Assembly: GCA_047602405.1 (NCBI GenBank)
Contig: JASGHJ010000002.1
Location: 3,584,001 to 3,648,000 of the forward strand
Reading direction: 5' to 3'
Source of the DNA: Anaeromyxobacteraceae bacterium
Lineage (GTDB): Bacteria > Myxococcota > Myxococcia > Myxococcales > Anaeromyxobacteraceae
Length of the DNA stretch: 64,000 bases
Shown here one piece after another: positions 61,387 through 64,000 of the stretch. Both the position numbers and the translations under genes were made by a program. A model generated the notes under the pieces. The model ran no database searches, was not told where the DNA came from, and saw only the letters and a program-made list of their open reading frames with translations. Every line of letters starts with the position of its first letter. Position 1 is the stretch's first letter.

Positions 61387-61728
61387 CTACGCCGCCCGCG
61401 GCGCCGTGAGGCGCCAGAGCATGCCGAGGAGGCGATCGCAGGCGCGGAGGGCAGGCTCCGCGTCGGCGGAGGAAACGTAGCCCCACGCCAGGGCGACGTG
61501 GAGCGCCGCCCGGACCTCGTCCGCGCTGCCGGCGGCGATGCGGAAGGAGTGGAGGCGATCCTTGCCCACGCGCCGGTTGCCCTCCGCGAGGTTGAGCGGG
61601 ATGGACGACGCCGCGCGGGAGAGCTGATCGGCGAGCGAGGCGTCGCGCCGCGCGAGCGCGCCGCGAAGGTCGCGGAGAGAGGCGATGACGGCGAGGGCGA
61701 CGTCGTACGCGATGAAGGTGGAGGACAT
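61387..61728 (-). CDS. Four-helix-bundle protein, second paralogue
   Basis: LADQLSRAASSIPLNLAEG...FRIAAGSADEV...WGY. Confidence 0.88.
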   Translation of the reverse strand: MSSTFIAYDVALAVIASLRDLRGALARRDASLADQLSRAASSIPLNLAEGNRRVGKDRLHSFRIAAGSADEVRAALHVALAWGYVSSADAEPALRACDRLLGMLWRLTAPRAA

Positions 61729-61735
61729 GGAGAGG

Positions 61736-61873
61736 CTCCTTTCGGCTGTGGGCTGCGTCTGCCCCCTTCCCGGCGCAGGTTTCATGACGGGCCCCGGGAC
61801 CGAGCGAACGCGAGCGGTGGCCCGGCAGGAAACGTGCGCCGTCCAAGCAGACGCAGCCCACAGCCGCAAGGAG
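61736..61873 (-). ncRNA. Conserved structured 5' leader, copy 2
   Basis: Same nested stems as copy 1 with compensatory changes in the outer stem; sequesters AAGGAG. Confidence 0.6.
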
Positions 61874-61963
61874 GCCGGCGACCGCCCAATCACAAGAGTG
61901 ACGGCCCCCTCACCCGCCAGCGGGAACATTCACTCCGAGTCGGGCAGTCCGGGTCTGCCCCCC

Positions 61964-62051
61964 CTCCGCCTCCGTCTCCGTCTCCGTCTCCGCCTCCGCC
62001 TCCGCCTCCGCCTCCGCCTCCGCCTCCGCCTCCGCCTCCGCCTCCGTCTCC
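61964..62051. repeat. (CTCCGY)x14 hexamer microsatellite
   Basis: Read directly. Confidence 0.92.
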
Positions 62052-62064
62052 CCAAGAATGAGAA

Positions 62065-62092
62065 GCCCGCCCGCTCTCTCGAGCGGACGGGC
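62065..62092 (-). terminator. Hairpin downstream of amtB
   Basis: GCCCGCCCGCTC-TCTC-GAGCGGACGGGC, followed by TTCTCATTCTT on the minus strand. Confidence 0.5.
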
Positions 62093-62118
62093 CCCCGACA
62101 CCCGGACTCCGACCTACC

Positions 62119-63522
62119 CTACTGCGCCACCGCAGCCGGCACGCTGGACGCGGCGGCCGAAGGCGCCGCCGCGCCGGTCGAGTCGGAATCCCCCGAGATG
62201 TACGCCCGCTCGCCCGCGTCGACCTGGTCCATGCCCGCCCACTGGTCCTGCTGGTCCGCCGCGAGCGGCGTGATCGCCCCGACGACCTTGTAGAGCCCGA
62301 ACGACAGCACCCCGGAGAAGGCCATCGTCACGACGACCCCCAGGGCCTGCTTCCCGAGGAGCACGAGGGATCCATCCGCCCCGGCCGAGTTGACCGCGGT
62401 GGACGCGAACACCCCGGTGAGGAGCGCGCCGAGCGTGGCCGCGACGCCGTGGACGGCGAAGACGTCGAGCGAGTCGTCGAGCCCGAGCTTCGGGCGGATG
62501 CGGATGGCCGTGAAGGACGCGAGCGCGGCGAGGCCGCCGATGACGAGGCCGGAGGCCGGCTTCACGAAGCCCGCGGCGGGGGTGATGGCGACCATGCCGG
62601 CGACCGCGCCGGAGGCGAGGCCGACGCCGGAGATCTTGCCGTGGAGGAAGAGCTCGGCGAGGCCCCAGGCCGCGGCGGCGGCCGCGGGGGCGAAGAAGGT
62701 GTTCACGAAGGCGGTCGAGGCGAGGCCGTTCGCCGCGAGCGCGGAGCCGCCGTTGAAGCCGAGCCAGCCGAACCAGAGCAGGCCCATGCCGAGGATCGCG
62801 AAGGGCACGTTGTGCGGGAGCACGGTCGGGCTCCGCAGGTTCGCGCGCTTGCCGATCACGATCGCGCCGACGAGGGCGGCGGCGGCGGCGTTGATGTGGA
62901 CGACGGTGCCGCCGGCGAAGTCGAGGACGCCGAGGCCGCGGAGCCAGCCGCCCGGGGCCCAGACCCAGTGCGCGACCGGCGAGTAGACGATGAGGCTCCA
63001 GAGCGCGGTGAAGAGCACGAACGCCTTCGTCCGCACCCGCTCGACGAGGGCGCCGGAGATCAGCGCCGGGGTGATGACCGCGAACATGCCCTGGAAGAGC
63101 ATGAAGGCGGAGTGCGGGATGGTGGCCGAGAGCGAGGCCTCCGGCGCGTCGCCGACGCCGGTGAGGAACGACCAGGAGAGGCCGCCGATGAAGGCGTCGA
63201 GCTTGCCGCCCGGAGAGAACGAGAGGCTGTAGCCGACCACCGCCCACAGCACGCCGATGAAGGCCATGCAGACGATCGAGAGGTTCATCGTCTGGACGGC
63301 GTTCTTCGCGCGCACGAGGCCGCCGTAGAAGAAGGCGAGGCCCGGCGTCATGAGCATCACGAGGCCGGCCGAGACGAGCACGAGGGCCGTGTCGCCCGTG
63401 TCGATCTTCGCGGGCGGCGCGTCCTCGGCGAGGGCGATCAGCGGCGCGGCGAGCGCGAGCCCGCCGAGGGCGAGGCGGGTGGCCCAGGCACGGGCGGTCG
63501 AGGGAGCGGCGGGACGGGTCAT
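62119..63522 (-). CDS. amtB: Ammonium transporter
   Basis: MTPGLAFFYGG, FQGMFAVITPALISG, DFAGGTVVH, WFGWLGFNGGS, DDSLDVFAVHG. Confidence 0.96.
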   Translation of the reverse strand: MTRPAAPSTARAWATRLALGGLALAAPLIALAEDAPPAKIDTGDTALVLVSAGLVMLMTPGLAFFYGGLVRAKNAVQTMNLSIVCMAFIGVLWAVVGYSLSFSPGGKLDAFIGGLSWSFLTGVGDAPEASLSATIPHSAFMLFQGMFAVITPALISGALVERVRTKAFVLFTALWSLIVYSPVAHWVWAPGGWLRGLGVLDFAGGTVVHINAAAAALVGAIVIGKRANLRSPTVLPHNVPFAILGMGLLWFGWLGFNGGSALAANGLASTAFVNTFFAPAAAAAAWGLAELFLHGKISGVGLASGAVAGMVAITPAAGFVKPASGLVIGGLAALASFTAIRIRPKLGLDDSLDVFAVHGVAATLGALLTGVFASTAVNSAGADGSLVLLGKQALGVVVTMAFSGVLSFGLYKVVGAITPLAADQQDQWAGMDQVDAGERAYISGDSDSTGAAAPSAAASSVPAAVAQ

Positions 63523-63606
63523 GGACTCCTCGGGGGTGGCGAGCGTGTCTGAAGTTCGGGCGTACTGACCGTCCGCCGTGCAGCGGCCGGCCCGGGAGGG
63601 ACATTC

Positions 63607-63622
63607 TGCACGTGGCATGCCC
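63607..63622 (-). promoter_or_regulatory. Sigma54 promoter candidate for amtB
   Basis: Minus strand GGGCATGCCACGTGCA (GG-N10-GC); TGCAC half-sites just upstream. Confidence 0.55.
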
Positions 63623-63796
63623 GGCCGTTCTCCGTGCAAGGTGCACGAAAGGCCCGCGTTCGACGTCAGGGAGCCGCCACGTTGCCCGGGATCGAGGCGA
63701 CCGGCTGCCTCGACTTCTGGCACCTGGGGCCGAGCACCTGGGCCGGGGAGACCGGTCGCCTGCCGTGCCGGGCACCGCCCCGCCGGGGGCCCGCGC

Positions 63797-64000
63797 TCAG
63801 GCCGGCCCGCGTGGCCGGACGATCGTGACCGTGCAGGGCGCCTCGGCGGCGACCTTCGTCGACACCGTGCCGAGCGCGCCGAAGAACTTCAGCGCCTCGG
63901 GCATGGCGTCGGGCGACACGTCGGAGGAGACCGAGCCGAGCATGCCCCGCATCTGCGCCCCGCGGGGCGGCGCGCCGATGACCACGTGGTCGACCGCGTT
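63797..64000 (-). CDS. Universal stress protein domain (3' end; start lies outside the window)
   Basis: DHVVIGA...LGTVSTKVAAEAPCTVTIVR. Confidence 0.8.
   Translation of the reverse strand, partial: NAVDHVVIGAPPRGAQMRGMLGSVSSDVSPDAMPEALKFFGALGTVSTKVAAEAPCTVTIVRPRGPA

Noticed and set aside
60993..61728. Diversity-generating retroelement (Avd-like genes)
   Set aside because: No reverse transcriptase and no TR/VR pair with adenine-specific mismatches in the window

Overview
High-GC window resembling a Myxococcota (Anaeromyxobacter-like) chromosome; the taxon is inferred from composition and gene content only. Core-type genes (M23 peptidase, PP2C phosphatase, recN with a LexA-like box, nadK, rarA) flank a ~33 kb accessory block. 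That block holds a Mo/W-sulfur-relay operon (output-less Cache/HAMP/PAS sensor, fdhD, mop, tusA, dsrE, and a TusA::cobalamin-independent methionine-synthase-like fusion), a sigma54 GAF activator, a selenocysteine formate dehydrogenase operon (in-frame TGA plus SECIS; fused Fe-S/NrfD subunit; fdhE), and a sigma54-driven CusCBA-type efflux system with its two-component regulator. The right part encodes a DUF2339 membrane protein, SPFH/Zn-ribbon genes, Cys-rich secreted paralogues, an ActP-like/DUF294/exonuclease cluster, an MHS transporter and amtB. The most striking unexplained structure is at 60.6-62.05 kb. Two convergent four-helix-bundle (Avd/23S-IVS-like) genes are each preceded by the same ~140-nt covarying hairpin that buries their ribosome-binding site, and hexamer microsatellites bracket the whole unit. 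Nine frameshift sites interrupt otherwise intact genes, six of them at GATC read as GAATC/GATTC, which probably reflects a systematic (methylation-linked) sequencing artefact. All calls were made by eye without database searches.
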